Shown: positions 37,618-51,600, counted from the stretch's first letter. The stretch: DNA of 64,000 nt from Dimorphilus gyrociliatus (GCA_904063045.1 CAJFCJ010000005.1:6703-70702); one strand, 5' to 3'. Numbers and translations: made by a program. The notes: a model not told the origin generated them from the letters alone.

Positions 37618-39667
37618 AACATAATTGATTAATGATTATAAACATTTATTACCATGAGATTGATCATTATGTTGTTTTTGCATATTTTCCACAGAGTGAC
37701 TAATGGGTGAGAGTCATCAATTCAGAAGTCATATGAAAAAAATTTTTTATTTATCAAGTTTTATTAAATAATTAATAATAATAATCTTGCTTTTAAAAAT
37801 GTGTATTGTTGGACTCAAATTAATAGTGAAATTGTTATATATAGTCTGACATATATACTACTGAATCAGCCAGCTAACCTTGAATATTAACCTATTTCTT
37901 GATGAATTATTATTTTAAACTTGCTTGCTGAACATGTTAGTTATAAAGAAAATAAAAGCTCGAGACAATTGCTATTGTTTAAGTGATTTAAAATTTCATG
38001 ACAATTTGCGAAAGTCTGATAAAAAAAGTAAAGATATTGTTTGTTGATAAATCAATGAGAACAGCCATGACATTTGAAATTCATAAATTTTATTAAATAC
38101 TACTCATTCAATCTCTGAATAGAATTGATAATGTTCAAGGCTTACCTTCAATTTTTTAGAGCTTGTTAATATTCTTTAGATATAGATTTTAAACTTTTCT
38201 CCAAAGTGTACTCATTAATTACTTATTAGAATACTTCTTCAATTAATTTTTGATATTTACTACTTAACTCCAATGCTATAGTTAATTAGTATAAAATTAA
38301 TGATCACAACAACTAAACATTGCTCCCTTTCTGCTATTTTACTCTACAAGTTAATATTTAAACTTATCTTTAATTGCATTTGACATGATACTCAACAATG
38401 TAGATATAAATTGTAAATATCCTATGCAAACTGTCTGATCTTGGGAAACCACATCCTTGTTCAGAAGAATGAAAGTATATTTCAAAAACTCTTAAATTCG
38501 TAACTGTTTAAACAAAAATTATTAAGGTGCAAAAAGTCTTGTCCACTTCCTGTTTTTGACAAAACTGTAGCCAATTTTGTTATTTTGTTATTACAATTAT
38601 TAATTTTATTGTGATAAAATTTTTCTTTTAAATTGAGATAATTAAAAAACAATTAACTCATCAAAGATTTGTGTGATTGAAAAATTCCTCTTTTTGGCAA
38701 GGAAAAATTGTCTGCTCTTTATCCTAAGGATGCAAATCTTCTACAATGAGCATAGCAGAAGATGACAATGGACCAACAATTATCAGATTATAAACATGCA
38801 AGTGTACTTTAAAGTGATCTAATAGAAAGCTCAATTGATAATTCTTATGTTTAAGAAAAGGATAAAGTTGATCATGCAGTTACCCTCTTGAAAGAAAAGA
38901 ATCAAAAAGATCTTCTACTCAACAGAGGATAAATTATTCTATGAAAAAACAAATGCAGTAGTGTTAGGCAAAAATTATTCTATAATTAGAATATAGCAAA
39001 GTTCAAGTATAAAAAAGGTACAAAGACTGTTGTAATAGTTTTTTAGCATGTTATTCAACAAACACGAGGATAAGGTCAAATTTTATTTATTTAACTTTTG
39101 GTATTTTTGAATATTACATAGAATATCTCAATATAAAAAATGTGTATGAAAATTCTTTTTTTTCTTTAAGAAATGGAAATTATTTGTAAGTTTATTACTT
39201 TTTCCTAATTTTTTACAGATTTATATAAATAAAGAGAATATTTTTCTACAACAATTTAAATTTGACTTTTGAAAGATGTTTTGCAAAATTGGTGTCAAAA
39301 ATATGGTTGATTTACTTTATAGTATTATGGATCTCTTGAATGTTTCATAGAGTATCACATTCCATGAAACTTTTAGTATAAAAGGTTATACGTTTATTAA
39401 CGAAATATAAATTATTCATGAACAGAAAGAAGTTTGTTAATAACTCAAGATTTTTGCCAATTATATTAAGAGACAAAATAGCCAAACAATTTAAATTGGA
39501 CTCTGGAAAGATGTTTGCAAAGTTGGTGTCAAAAATATGGTTGATTTACTTTATAGAATCACTTTTAAGTAAATTATCATCAACAAGTCTGTATTATACT
39601 TATACAATTTGTTTAAAAAGTAATTTCCTGAAATCTCCTCTCTATTTATCTATCTATCATTCTCTAG

Positions 39668-40546
39668 CTCCTTGCAATTATATAACAACAGTTGGAAAAA
39701 GAGTGGATAGTATTCCATTGGCAACCCTTACAAATAGTAATTCGGAAACCTGTAAAAGCATTTGCGATAAATTGACAGAATGCAGGTAAGTATTGAAATT
39801 TATGTTATAAAATTGATTTTTGGAAAACTTCCTATACTCTCTTCCTTCTCTTTATCAGGTCTATTGATAGCTATTCATCAAGGTGTGAGTTCTTCAATCA
39901 AACAACACCATTGATAGATGAACTGCAAAATGATCACAATAGTAACTACGAAAAACCTAATAGTTGTGGTATGTATTATAATTATTGGAAAAATAATTTT
40001 TAAGAGAATAATGTACGTTTGTGTTTATACAGGAATATTTCCTATCAAAGGTAGGCTTCTTTGGATGCTAGAAAAAGTGACTCAATATTTCGTATTTTTA
40101 CCCCAACCTTAACCCATGATGTAATTTCACTATATTTATCCCTAATCATAAAAAAGGCAGGAGCCTAGCCCTGAGCTTCACCTTTATGAGACATTTTGTT
40201 TTACATCCGATTTCTTTATATATAGATTTGTTAGAAAAATATATATCTGTATATCTATTCAGATACCAGAGAATTCAGAGAAGTTACCGGAAAAACTTTT
40301 TCAGGAACATTTATTGCTAAATTCCAAGATGTAACCATAAATACTTGTAAACACTTGTGTAGCAATATTGCTGAATGCAAGTAAGCTTTTAAATTCAGAT
40401 CTTTTTTATTACATAATTGGATTTTTTTTTTCAAAGATCTTTTGTCAGAAGTCCAAATTATTGCACTTTTTTTTCGGATACGGAAGAAGAATCTGCAAAA
40501 GAATTGGTTAATGGAACAGGCAGATCGTATTTTGAGTTAGATCCAG
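39668..40546 (+). CDS. Two tandem PAN/apple domains (partial gene)
   Basis: Exons 39668-39785 'SETCKSICDKLTECR', 39859-39968 'SIDSYSSRCEFF', 40263-40380 'INTCKHLCSNIAECK', 40437-40546 'SFVRSPNYCTFF'; same intron positions as 36895-37213. Confidence 0.75.
40063..40208. mobile_element. Shorter related Mutator-type MITE in an intron
   Basis: Ends GGATGCTAGAAAAAGTGACTCA and (reverse complement) GGATGTAAAACAAAATGTCTCA; flanks GGCTTCTTT/GATTTCTTT (7/9); internal CCCCAACCTTAACCC and CCCTAA. Confidence 0.65.
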
Positions 40547-40996
40547 GTATTTTTAAATTTACAATGATTATTATCATTTGTAACATCTATACATAAATCA
40601 TTAACAAAAACTACACATTTTTTACATTTCAAGTAGGTCATGTATTTAAAAGTTAGGTACACTAAAATTAGGGTAACATTGATTTTATTACAGTTATCCT
40701 ATCATCTATACATTCAAGCATTTATCATTAACTTTCTTGTAAAAAGAAGAAATAGAAGTCTTCTCAAAAAATTGTTCTAAAAGAGGTCTAATACAGTGTC
40801 CATAAAATGTATTGTGCAATATTAGTGTTTAATTATGAAATATGTGGTAATTGTCAGAAAGTGAAACATCAATTTTAATAATGTAAATTTATTATACCAA
40901 GCTTGTTTATTAAGATATAGATCAAGCTGCTATTTTGGAGTTTACCTACCTAATGACTGAAATCACCTTGACCTTCATACCATAAATAAAGAAATA

Positions 40997-42427
40997 ATGG
41001 AGGATTATTGGCAGTTTGGAAAGTCTGAGCACGAGCCAAGAAGACATAGATTTGAAATGATTTGTGAAGCACTGAAGTTATTATGTAATACTCTAAAACA
41101 AATCAATATCACAAGGTGTCATTTAAATGATGAAAAGGCAGAACATTTAGGAGGTGCTTTGTACAATTGTTCCACTATAGAAACTATTGACTTATCTGAC
41201 ACCAGAATAATAGGTAATGGATGTCAAAGTATCTTTGATGGACTACAATCATCTTGTAACACTTTAAAAGAAATCTATGTTGTTCGGTGTGATTTATATG
41301 TTGAAAGAGCAAATTCACTTGGAGAAATGCTATTACATTGTTGTTCAATAGAAACTATTGATTTATCTTTTAATTATTATATGAAAGATGGTTTTAAAAC
41401 AATTTGCCAAGGACTTCAAACTTCTGGCAAAACTTTAAGAGAAATCAATTTTGCAGGTTGTTGTTTAAACGCTCAACAGGCAGAGTATTTGGGAGAAACA
41501 TTACAGTATTGCTCTTCATTAGAAAGTATTGTGTTGTTTTCCAATGGAACAATGGGAAATGGATTTGAAATAATTTGTAAAGGACTTCAATCCTCTTCTA
41601 AAACCTTAAAATGTATTAAGTTAGGCAAGTGTAATTTAAATTGTGAACAGGCACTCCATTTAGCAGAAACACTTGAGTTTTGTAATTCATTAGAAGTGAT
41701 TGACTTGTCATTCAATTATAAAATGGAAAATGGTTTTAAAATGATTTGTCAAGGGCTGAAAACTTCTTGTAATACCTTGAAAAAAATCAATATTACTAGG
41801 TGCGATTTAAATGACGAACAAGCAACTTATTTGGGAGAAATGTTCCAGAATTGTTCATCATTTGACACTATAGATTTATTTTACAATAGATTATTAGGAA
41901 ATGGATTTAAAGAAATCTTCAAAGGAATTATATCTTCTTTCAAAACTTTAAAAGGCATTTATGTTTCAGGATGTTGCTTAAATGATAAACAAGCAAAAGA
42001 TTTTGGAGAAATGTTGCAACATTGTCCTTCAATAGAATGTATTGGTTTATCTTGGAATAGAGAAATGAAAAATGGGTTCAAAACAGTTTGTGAAGGACTA
42101 AAATCCTCTGCTAAAACATTGAAACATTTTGATGCTGTAGATTGTTGTTTAGATGAAGAACAGGCAAAATGTTTAGGTGAAACATTACATCAATGTTCTT
42201 CATTGGAAAGTATTTTGTTAACTGGTAATAGCAATATGGGAAATGGTTTTAAAACAATTTGTCAAGGACTTAAATCCTCTTCTCTCACTTTAAAACAGTT
42301 GGATATGAGTAATTGCTCTCTAAATGATAAACAAGCAACATTTGTGGAAGAAATATTCAAGCACACTTTTAGATATCTTGAAATATATAGAGACAAAACA
42401 TTGCACAAAATAACTATTTCCAATTAG
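40997..42427 (+). CDS. Intronless RNI-like LRR protein, 476 aa, probably N-terminally truncated
   Basis: Eight 57-aa repeats with exact 171-bp DNA periodicity (anchors 41055, 41226, 41397, 41568, 41739, 41910, 42081, 42252). LRR-like text ('NHLDLHTINK') continues upstream to an in-frame TGA at 40958-40960. Confidence 0.8.
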   Translation: MEDYWQFGKSEHEPRRHRFEMICEALKLLCNTLKQINITRCHLNDEKAEHLGGALYNCSTIETIDLSDTRIIGNGCQSIFDGLQSSCNTLKEIYVVRCDLYVERANSLGEMLLHCCSIETIDLSFNYYMKDGFKTICQGLQTSGKTLREINFAGCCLNAQQAEYLGETLQYCSSLESIVLFSNGTMGNGFEIICKGLQSSSKTLKCIKLGKCNLNCEQALHLAETLEFCNSLEVIDLSFNYKMENGFKMICQGLKTSCNTLKKINITRCDLNDEQATYLGEMFQNCSSFDTIDLFYNRLLGNGFKEIFKGIISSFKTLKGIYVSGCCLNDKQAKDFGEMLQHCPSIECIGLSWNREMKNGFKTVCEGLKSSAKTLKHFDAVDCCLDEEQAKCLGETLHQCSSLESILLTGNSNMGNGFKTICQGLKSSSLTLKQLDMSNCSLNDKQATFVEEIFKHTFRYLEIYRDKTLHKITISN

Positions 42428-42971
42428 TCACATTTCTGAAATACATTATTGATCTGTTTGTGTAAATGATTAAAGTGAAGGGTTAGGGACAATGGAATTT
42501 GTAATATTAGGAAAACAGCTAATTTATGGTCAGGGTTAGAGAATCGACAATTTTGTTGTTTCTCAATAATTTAGAGATTATTATTAATAATAATCACTCT
42601 GACAATGTTTAAAGGGCAGGACTTTGAAAAGTTATGGTTCTTTTTATCAGGTTGAGAGAATATGTAACTTTTATGGGGGAATTATCGATATCCCAACATT
42701 TTGTGTTAATGAAATGATGATAAAACTGATAAATGATACTTTATCAACAGGTACCTTAAGCACATCTTTACACAAAAAATACCATGCCATATGTTTAACA
42801 ACAATTGCTAAGCCTTAGAGACATTGTAAATAAAATCTGATATCAATTTCTTCCCATTGGGCCTATCAGAGGAATGCTTAACAGTAATTTCCTTCTTTTA
42901 CTATCTTTTCTCAGGTTTTCTCAAAGGAATTAATGTATCTTCAGGACTTTCTTATATGACTATTCAAAATG

Positions 42972-43178
42972 GGGGTCGACAGAAAAAGTCCACAAATGAG
43001 AAATTTCAAGACAAAAATTTGGATTGAGAAATGGTTAGGCAGAAGAAGAGAGCAACTGATTTATACTTAGGAGGGTCTCCTCTAAGGGTTAGGGGTAATA
43101 CAAAAGGTTAGGTACAGCTAAGGGCTGGGTTAGAGTTAGGGTAAAAGCACTCATTTGTGGATGTTTTCTGTCGTATCC
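42972..43178. mobile_element. Mutator-type MITE, telomere-repeat-bearing family, copy C
   Basis: Perfect 9-bp TSD TTCAAAATG (42963-42971 and 43179-43187); near-identical to copy A in the opposite orientation. Confidence 0.95.
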
Positions 43179-43337
43179 TTCAAAATGGTAGGATGCTTTT
43201 AGAACTTTCAATTGTGTTAAAATGTTAACTTTGAAATTGTGAATTGTTAAACTCTTAGGAAAGTATATAAACCCTTAGAATTCAACAGTTGTTAGATTAG
43301 TTTTCTAACCGCTTGCTTCGAGATAAAAGCTCAGAAT

Positions 43338-43545
43338 ATTCAATACATATTCTATCTGGAAAATACTGGCTTTCTGTTGAAAGTTTGATATAAAACTTTG
43401 GACAAATATCATTTATTTGATATACTTGTGGACGAACTTGAGGTTCTATTTGGACCAGTACTTTGGCGTAATATTAAATGAGCGGTAGGGACGAATACAG
43501 TTGAGACGAGAACGAAATTCCTACAATCATGATACAACAAAGTAC
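43338..43545 (+). repeat. Dispersed repeat: one arm (plus adjacent sequence) of the foldback family at 55591-55908
   Basis: TACTTGTGGACGAA...CAACAAAGTAC (43423-43545) aligns with 55785-55908 and 62446-62571; upstream homology to about 62370-62445. Confidence 0.8.
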
Positions 43546-44069
43546 AAACTTATAGGAAATATGTGGACAAAGTAGGGAGCATAATCAGGCCTATGGAAGA
43601 GCTGACATTGTTGTTATCTTTAGGTAGTTTGAAGGGTTTTGTTGAATGTCCAATGATAACTAAAAATGTTATTAATAATAGTGAAGTGTTTTCAAAAGCA
43701 ATCAAAAGGGAAAAGATCATTTAACATAAAAACGAAGAGAAAAACGGCTACAATTTGTATAGCATAACAAAATTAGAAAGTATTCTGCAAGTATCAACCA
43801 AAGGGAATAAATTTCACAATTGGAAAAATGAAACATAATTAATCATTCACTAATGAAAAATGCTGAAGAGCACAATATAATTAAAAAAGAGATTAATGAG
43901 AAATGTGCTGATGAAATATTTTGCCTTGGCATTCATTTCTACGCTATCAAAGAAAGAAAACTTAAAAATGGTATTTAATTGATACTAATGTATTTGAATA
44001 ATTCATTGATAAGTTTTCTAGTATATTTTTTATGTTTCAGATTGTCAGAAACTTTTGGTGGCAACATAT

Positions 44070-47000
44070 CTACAAAAATGAAAAATGTAATATTAAAGGT
44101 TTATAATGAAAAGGATAATAAAAGAATTTAATTTCAAAGTTCTTACTTTGTAGTTGATCAAAGGTTAAAATATGAAAATGATGAAAGCATTGTAACAATG
44201 GTATTTTTGAATTTAGAGCTTTTCTAATTCTTTCTGATGGTACCATAGAAGGTCGCGATTCTCTGCAACGAACACATTCGATGCAAGACAGGAAATAATC
44301 ATATTTCACTCCAGAAAAAGACTCTTCAATTAGTCTCTCGAATACTTCGTGAACAAAAAACAAAATATTATCTGGTCTTGGTCCTCTAACTTTTACAATA
44401 ACTTTTGAGCTACTATTGTCATAAAGAAATCATTTACAACAATTCTTAGTAATTTTTTTTCTATAATACAAACTCTGTTTTCTTAATAAATCCTCTATGT
44501 TCATTCTTTTGTAAGAATGATCCATCACTCCATAATTTCAATTCATCACTGTAGTAATGAAGCCTTACTTGAGCTCTATTAAAGAGTCCCAATGGAAGAT
44601 AATCAAATTCATAAACCATTTTTTTTTCTATATCTTGTTCAGTTAAGACGTCTCCTTCCCAAAAATTCTTCGGAATAAAGATATTGATGATTATTTAAAA
44701 AAAAAGTGGACTAATTAATCTACTATTTGACCTACTTCCATTTGAAATGGTGGAAGAAGACAAGGTATTAAGTATTCTTTTTGTGATTTTAATGAAAATA
44801 ATAAATTAAATTCTTCCATTAGAGTAATAAGCCAACTATGTAATTCAATAGGATAAGTTTTGGTAGGCCATACTTTTGTTAGATCATCGTGTAATATTCT
44901 TCCATCCTTTAATACAAATGCTCAATGTAAATCAAAGAAAATCCTCCAAAATAACTTACTTTAACAGCATTATTCATGATCTTTTTTAGAAATATTTCTC
45001 ACTTGACCAGTTTTTGAAGAAACAAAATGAAATCCTTTAATTTGTCCATATCTTCTTTTCAAAGAGGAGATGTTTATGTCAGCTTCCTCAACCTGAGAAA
45101 TTAATGTTTAGTTTGCTCTCTCTTTCTCTAAATTACATGGAAAAACATAAATAAGGATATATACCTCATCTATATGAGAACCAACAAGTAAAATTGGAGC
45201 ATTTGGAGCATGACGACCAATAGTATTTAACCAAAAATTTAAACCAGCATATTCATAACCTAAACGAACATTCCATAAAAGAATGTAAATTGCTCTATTT
45301 GATAAGAAAAATTGATGAGTATTATAATAGATGGTTTGTCCAGCAAAATCCCAAACTGAATATTCAACTGATTGAAGAAGCCACTTTTTTATTATAATTC
45401 CATCAGTAACATTTGTATCTGTACTGCCTTCTTTAGTATCATTCATCATTCTATTGACAAGACTAGTTTTACCAGCTCCACCCAATCCTACCAATATTAA
45501 TTTAGTTTTTCTGCATCTATTTGAGCCTTCAAGTAATTTTCTCATGTAACCTTGAATAAATTCAAGGCCTTTATTAACAACTTCTCTTGGTGGCGTTCTA
45601 AGTGCAGGACAACCATCTAAATTCAATGATTCAAGTGGCAAATTACAAATTTCACCACTAATTTCAACAAGATCAATGTTATAAGATAAATCTAAAATCC
45701 TTAAATTAATAAAATTCTTAATACTTTCATCAATTACTTTGAATTTATGATAAGACAATTTTAATATTCTTAAAACTTGGCCAATATTTGTATCTTTACA
45801 CAAATCAAAATTCAAATTTGATAATCTTGGTAGTTGATTATGTATTTTATTCATAAAAATTTCAATTTCTTTTTCTTCCCATAATCATCAAGTCTGTTTC
45901 TATCAATTTGTTTGAATATTTCTTTGAGAGTGACATTGTCAAAACCACAATTTTGAAGATGTGGCATTTTATTCTCTATCCACTTTTTAACATTAGGACT
46001 ATTCACAAATTCATTATATTGTACACCACTTAATTGTAGATTTCTGAGACTGGGAAGATGGAAGATAACAGTTGGAAATTCCTTAAAAATACTGTTAGTT
46101 ATTTCTAGATTTTGTAGATTGGTTAGTGCTGATAACTTATCAGGTAGAGAAACTATAGACAGAGAAGATAATTTCAATGTCTTTAATTTGTCAAATTGGC
46201 AAATTATCATTGGGAATTCTTTTGTTTTGCATTCTGTCAAATCTAGAATGACAAGTGTTGTTGCTAATGAAATAAATTCTTCTGGAATGTCTTCCAAGTC
46301 TGTTCCATTTAACTCTAAATATGTTATTGAGTATTTAATGAACTCTTTTAATTCTTTCTTTGGAAAATTAATAATATTCTTATTTAAAGAAGAATGAAAA
46401 TCACAAAGTAGGAATACTCTCTTTGCCTTTCCAATTTTCTTAAATTGAGAGAAAGAAGAAAAATAGTACTCCCAGTTAAAATGATCAGTTATTTTCCAAG
46501 CTAAATATCTACTAACTGCTGTCTCTTTATGTCTTGTTGACAAATAGAATGCGTGAAATGATAACTGAGCCAGCTCACAATTTGAAGAGTGCTATATTTT
46601 GAATATAAATGAATTGATTAGACAAGAATGATGAATAAATTTTTAAAAAAATAGTTACTCTGGAAATGAAATAAGTTCTAATCTGGTAAGCTCCCATAAT
46701 TTCACTTTTTGGTCATGGCTCATTTCAAATGGACTCTTCACAACATGACTACATTCTGTCCAAGTTTCATCTTCAGTTTCCATAGAGCATAGACCATATG
46801 GTATTAAACTCTGGCTTTTTATTATATCTGAGAGAACTGGTATAGATGTAGGGCTTAGTTCCTTTCTTATCAGAAAACCAGGTAGAGCATCAGCTCTCTT
46901 ATAAGATTCATAATTGGGCATTATTCCAGAGTAAAACCTAGCTGCTCGAAAAACAAAACAGATGATAAGAAATCTCAAATGCTTCTCCATTATTAATTTT

Positions 47001-47207
47001 TAAGTCCCACCCACCATTGTATTCTTGAGTGTTTTTTCGAAGCTTAGCATATTTTCTAATAAACCTGTCATAATTAATCTCAGAATTCGGTCTCTCTTTA
47101 GATATTTTCTCAACAAGGAGTTGTGGGACCTGGTCAACATTTAAATATTCAATGAGCCTCTCCCAATTGAAAATTTGCTTGTTATCTATTATCAGAAAAA
47201 AATACAA
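44070..47207 (-). pseudogene. ROCO protein (LRR-Roc-COR; MFHAS1/LRRK-like GTPase), disrupted
   Basis: LRRs (45851-46543); Roc motifs GLGGAGKTSL, TDGI, WDFAGQ, LVGSHID (45108-45854); COR 'EYLIPCLLP', 'YEFDYLPLGLFNRAQVRL', 'KVRGPRP'. Frameshifts near 45879 and 46950, and an apparent deletion in COR-A near 44930-44990. Confidence 0.85.
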
Positions 47208-47499
47208 TAAATATTTTTTTAAAAAGAAAATTGAATGCTAAAAATAAAGATTGTAAAAGATTCATGATCTCAGTGGTATTTTGTCTTGAAAACTCAAGTT
47301 GTTCATACCTAGGACTATATTTTATCTTTTAAAATTAATGAAATGAATGTTGTAAAGTCTATCCATTCAAATTTATTTTTTAGCCAATGATGGCCTATTT
47401 TTATCAAATTTGTTGATTTTGCAGAAGATTTAATATCACCTACAAAAAGTCAGAAAGATATGTCAATCAATGATTATATATGATGTCATATTATTAATG

Positions 47500-50400
47500 T
47501 TATACATATTGTAGCAATAGTTGGCTTTAGGGATTTATCTTCCATCTCAACCATTGTTTGAAATTTCTGTCCAATTTTTATACTTATAGGCAAAATTCGA
47601 TCATTTACCACATCAGACATCTGAAATATATAAATTGTACATACTTTTTGAAGATAAAAATTTAAAAAATGAGAAATTATATATTTACAGGAGCAAAAGC
47701 AAAATCAACATTACTATTAATGGCTAAATCCTCTCTTGTTTCAATGATCAGTTCATAATTTTCATTTGGAATGGCAAAACAATCAAGTAAAACATTATCA
47801 AGAAAAACTTTCATTTCGATTTGTTCACCAACATCATTAAAATTTTTGGTGTGATAATTAATTACTAATTGAATTTTTACAATGGATAACTCAGTGTAAT
47901 ACACTTTCCTTTGTATAGTCTTGAGGATATTTTTCCAAGATATTTTCATATGTATGGTTAGGACAAAATTGAATATTTTGCCTATATAGATTTCAGTAAT
48001 TATTCTTGAAATGATAAATTTAGTACATACCTTTTTTTTGATCTGCAAAAACAAAACAAAAAATTGAGAATTATTTATTGAGATATTGAAAATTTTTTGG
48101 ATAATTACATTAATTGAATACTGTGTGTCACATTACTTGGTTTTACTTTAAATGTATGAAAGTAGACAGGATCCATTAAGGTTGTACAAAAGTATTTCTT
48201 CACTTGAGGATTTGGGTTGCTAAGTCTATAAGTAAATGAACTCAAATTAAATTCTTTATCAGTATTATCCTGATCCTTTTGGGATGTAGTTGATATGTTG
48301 TTTGTAAAGTTTACATCACTAGAATCAGTTGGGTTAATCTCCTTATGCATTATCCAAATCAAATTTTGTCTTCGTGATACATTTGTTTTTGTTATATATT
48401 GATTTGTGAAAATTAAATTGCTAGCTGTTGAAAGAATTTTACAGATTTTTAAAAAGAAGTTTATATTTTCAAAAAATGAAAACACTAACAGAAGTCAAAG
48501 TTCACTTGATTACTTTGATCATCTCTACCATCCCATACAGTCTTAACATGTTTCTGTTGTTGATGTTGGTGTTATTGTTTTGAATAACAGTATATTAAAG
48601 AAGTTGATCTAACCTCGTAATACATAGAGTTTTTATGAAGAGCATATTCAATAATTGTTATTATTTCCATTGCTAGTGTACCAATTGCTATGGCAACATC
48701 TACAAAATCAACACAAGAAATAATAACTTCTATGCTTGAATTATCTTCAAATTAAATGCAAGTTTCTATTGGACCATCATGAAGAATAATTCTTCCTTGC
48801 CTCAGTTGAACAATAGTAGAAAATGAGCATCTTATTCCATAGACTGATGTAACCAAGTATAACAAAAATCTGTATAAATTATCTTTATACAATGAACTTG
48901 GTAGATGATAAGTAAAAACAACTGAGATAGTTCCTTTTATATTCTATTAAAAAGAAACAAAAGATAATTGAAGAAAGGTTTTTCTATTGTTTCAAAATAA
49001 CAAACAAACCAGACAACTTTCATAAGGAGTTTCAGGTTTTGGTAAATTATCTGAAAAAATGCAACAATTTGGTGATAACTCTAAAACAATTTCCAATTCA
49101 AAGAATATTCTTTTGAGTAATAAGCTCACTAGCATTCTGAAAATAACATAATACATTATTATTCAAAGTTTTAATGAAACATTTTTTTTGGAAAATAAAA
49201 ACCATTTGAGATGAAAAATTAAATGCTTCATTCATATTTTCACAGATAAGAGTATCCTTTGTCAAAAAATAATAATCTTTGATGGAATCTTCGCACGGTT
49301 TTGAAAGTATTTCAATGTTTTGAAGGACTTTTCCCAACCAATTTTGAGAGACAACATAGTATTCTTCAAAGAAAATTGTCTTTACAAGTAAAGGTGTAGC
49401 CTATTCATGCATACAAATTATGATGAAAGATTTCTGTCATTCAAAACAACAAAAATAATATAGATTATTTAAATTACATATCTATCTAGAAATTCTAGAG
49501 CCTTAAAATATGGAAACTGGTATAGTTTTGTTGACAAATCATTCATATCTTTAGCATCAAAAGGTATTTTTTTAAACTCAAAATAAAAATTATTACTATC
49601 CAAATCAAAGGTTTTCAATGCTTCATCAGTGTCAGTTTCTATAGTAAAATTTCTAATTATATTATAGAATAAAAATATTATCATAAAACACCTGCTTTTA
49701 TTGAAGCAATTGGAACTTGATTAACTATTTGGTGTAATGGAACAAATCTTTCTTCCTTCTCTATGATTTGTGTAATTTGTTCTTCCAATTGAACAACATT
49801 TGAGCATATTTTCTGTTGTTATGCAAAAGAGGTAATAGTTTAGAAAAGTAAATCTTTCAATAGCAATTAATACTTATACAGGAATACTACTGTTTGTGGT
49901 CCAAGAGGAAATCTTTTTTGGATAAAAAATAGCATGTAATACAATTATATTAGGATAGAAAGTTAGGAGAAAATGATTGCATTGAACTTGCTCATAACTA
50001 TGGTGTGTGTGTGTGTGTATGTATGTGTGTTTATAGGTGTTCATTTTCTCCAAAATTCAAAAACTATGTACCATGAGTTCAATCTTATAGAAGAAAGCTG
50101 GATAATTTGAGTGAGTGGCAAAATTGGATAAATTCTCTTTCAAAGCCAAATTATTATGTAACTTAAGTTCCTTTCTATAGTTTAATTTTGCCAGATAAAT
50201 ATTCTCTCTTTAAAATAAAAAAGAGATTTTAAAGCTACAATATAGAACTCTTAATTATATACTTAAGGAATCCAGAATTTTCTTTATCACTAATGGCAGC
50301 AGCTCTACTTTCTAATTCCAATTTCAAGTTATCACTATCATACTTTCCTTGTTCTTCTCTTTTCAATAAATAATCCTTCTCATCTTCACCATTTTTTTTA

Positions 50401-51600
50401 TCATTCGAAACATCCAGGAAAGTAATTTGCTGATAACAATTTGGAAATAGAGTCTGTTTAAAAAGAATGTAAATCAACATTGAAATTTTCATTATATCAA
50501 TTTTGTTAATGTTTTTACTTTTGTAATGAAATATTGCACAATGTTGCTACATATTTTATACTTTTCTTTCTCTTCATTGAACTTTCTTGTATATGGTATT
50601 ACTATTTGGCAATTTTCTGTAGAGACCAAAGGTAGGAAAGCTTCAGAGCAGTCATAAAAAAGTATTTATCTTGAACAAAACAACGAAATAGTTCAAAATT
50701 ATTCAATTCCATTCGCTTATTTAAAAAGTAATTTTGAAAGTCAAATCTAGCCCATTTTTTATCTTTTTCTATTATTTTATCACTGTTGTACATTGATCTA
50801 AAGTGAACAATCAAGACTTTTTCAAGCTTTAAATTCTGTCTTTTGCAGTTGCTAATGAGATCTTTCAGTTAGACAAAGAGTAAAAAAAATTTAAAGCAAT
50901 AATTAAAACATTTCAACACAATTTATGTTTATAAATATTTTAAAATTACCAAGTTGTTTTTGTTGATTTGTCATGTGTAGCAATTCCAAAGGATTAACAT
51001 AAGGATCTAATGTTCTCATGCTAACTGCAAATTTTAATAATTCTTCCTTCGGAATGTGCAATGCATCTAAATTCAAATACTTTTTGTTTTGGGAAATAAA
51101 GCATTTTAAACTTTTTAAATGAAAAGAAAAACAGAGACACTAACCGTTTGACATTTTGGGAATTTTGAAGAAATTTCATAAACTGCCCATGAGGTTATCT
51201 TATCACAGTTTGACTAGGAAATCTGAAGATATATAGATATATATATATACAGTATATATATCATTTTTATATTGAAATCTCCCCTACATCCTTTATCTCT
51301 TTCAAATTGCTTTTTAATATCCAATATACACCCCAATTTGTAATGGATTTGCAATTTCTTATCTTTAAGCTTTTGAGTTTTGTACTAATCTGCCAGTCAG
51401 GAAAAAAGATAAAGATAAAAATGCTTGAAGTTGTCGAATGTAAGAAATTCCTTACATTTAAATGCTTTGCATTTGCGTATAAACAATACCAGAACAAATC
51501 ATTTAAACTAGCAAGATTCTCTAAGCGGATTGTTACAAGATGGCTATTGAGCTTTGTGTTTGTTCTTAGAATATTCTTTGAAGAAATTTCAAAAGAAGGA
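47500..51600 (-). CDS. Unresolved upstream exons, possibly the N-terminus of the ROCO gene or a separate gene; includes an F-box/AMN1-type LRR-like fragment
   Basis: Chain of minus-strand ORFs flanked by GT/AG; 'LKSLKIRNCKSITNWGV' at ~51330-51385; several in-frame stops. Confidence 0.35.
50003..50030. repeat. (TG)n microsatellite
   Basis: gtgtgtgtgtgtgtgtatgtatgtgtgt read directly. Confidence 0.8.

Noticed and set aside
39280-39560. Local direct duplication of about 55-90 bp
   Set aside because: Real but consistent with ordinary tandem duplication in an intron or intergenic region; no further structure.
40793-40830. Tc1-like terminus TACAGTGTCCATAAAATG
   Set aside because: No matching opposite end or transposase nearby; too short to support.
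42478-42560. TTAGGG-containing patches here and near 59940-60030 as further MITE copies
   Set aside because: No identifiable TIR pair or TSD; possibly old remnants but unsupported.
45860-45885. Programmed -1 frameshift linking the two ROCO LRR ORFs
   Set aside because: No X XXY YYZ slippery heptamer in the right frame and no obvious downstream structure; other lesions exist in the gene.
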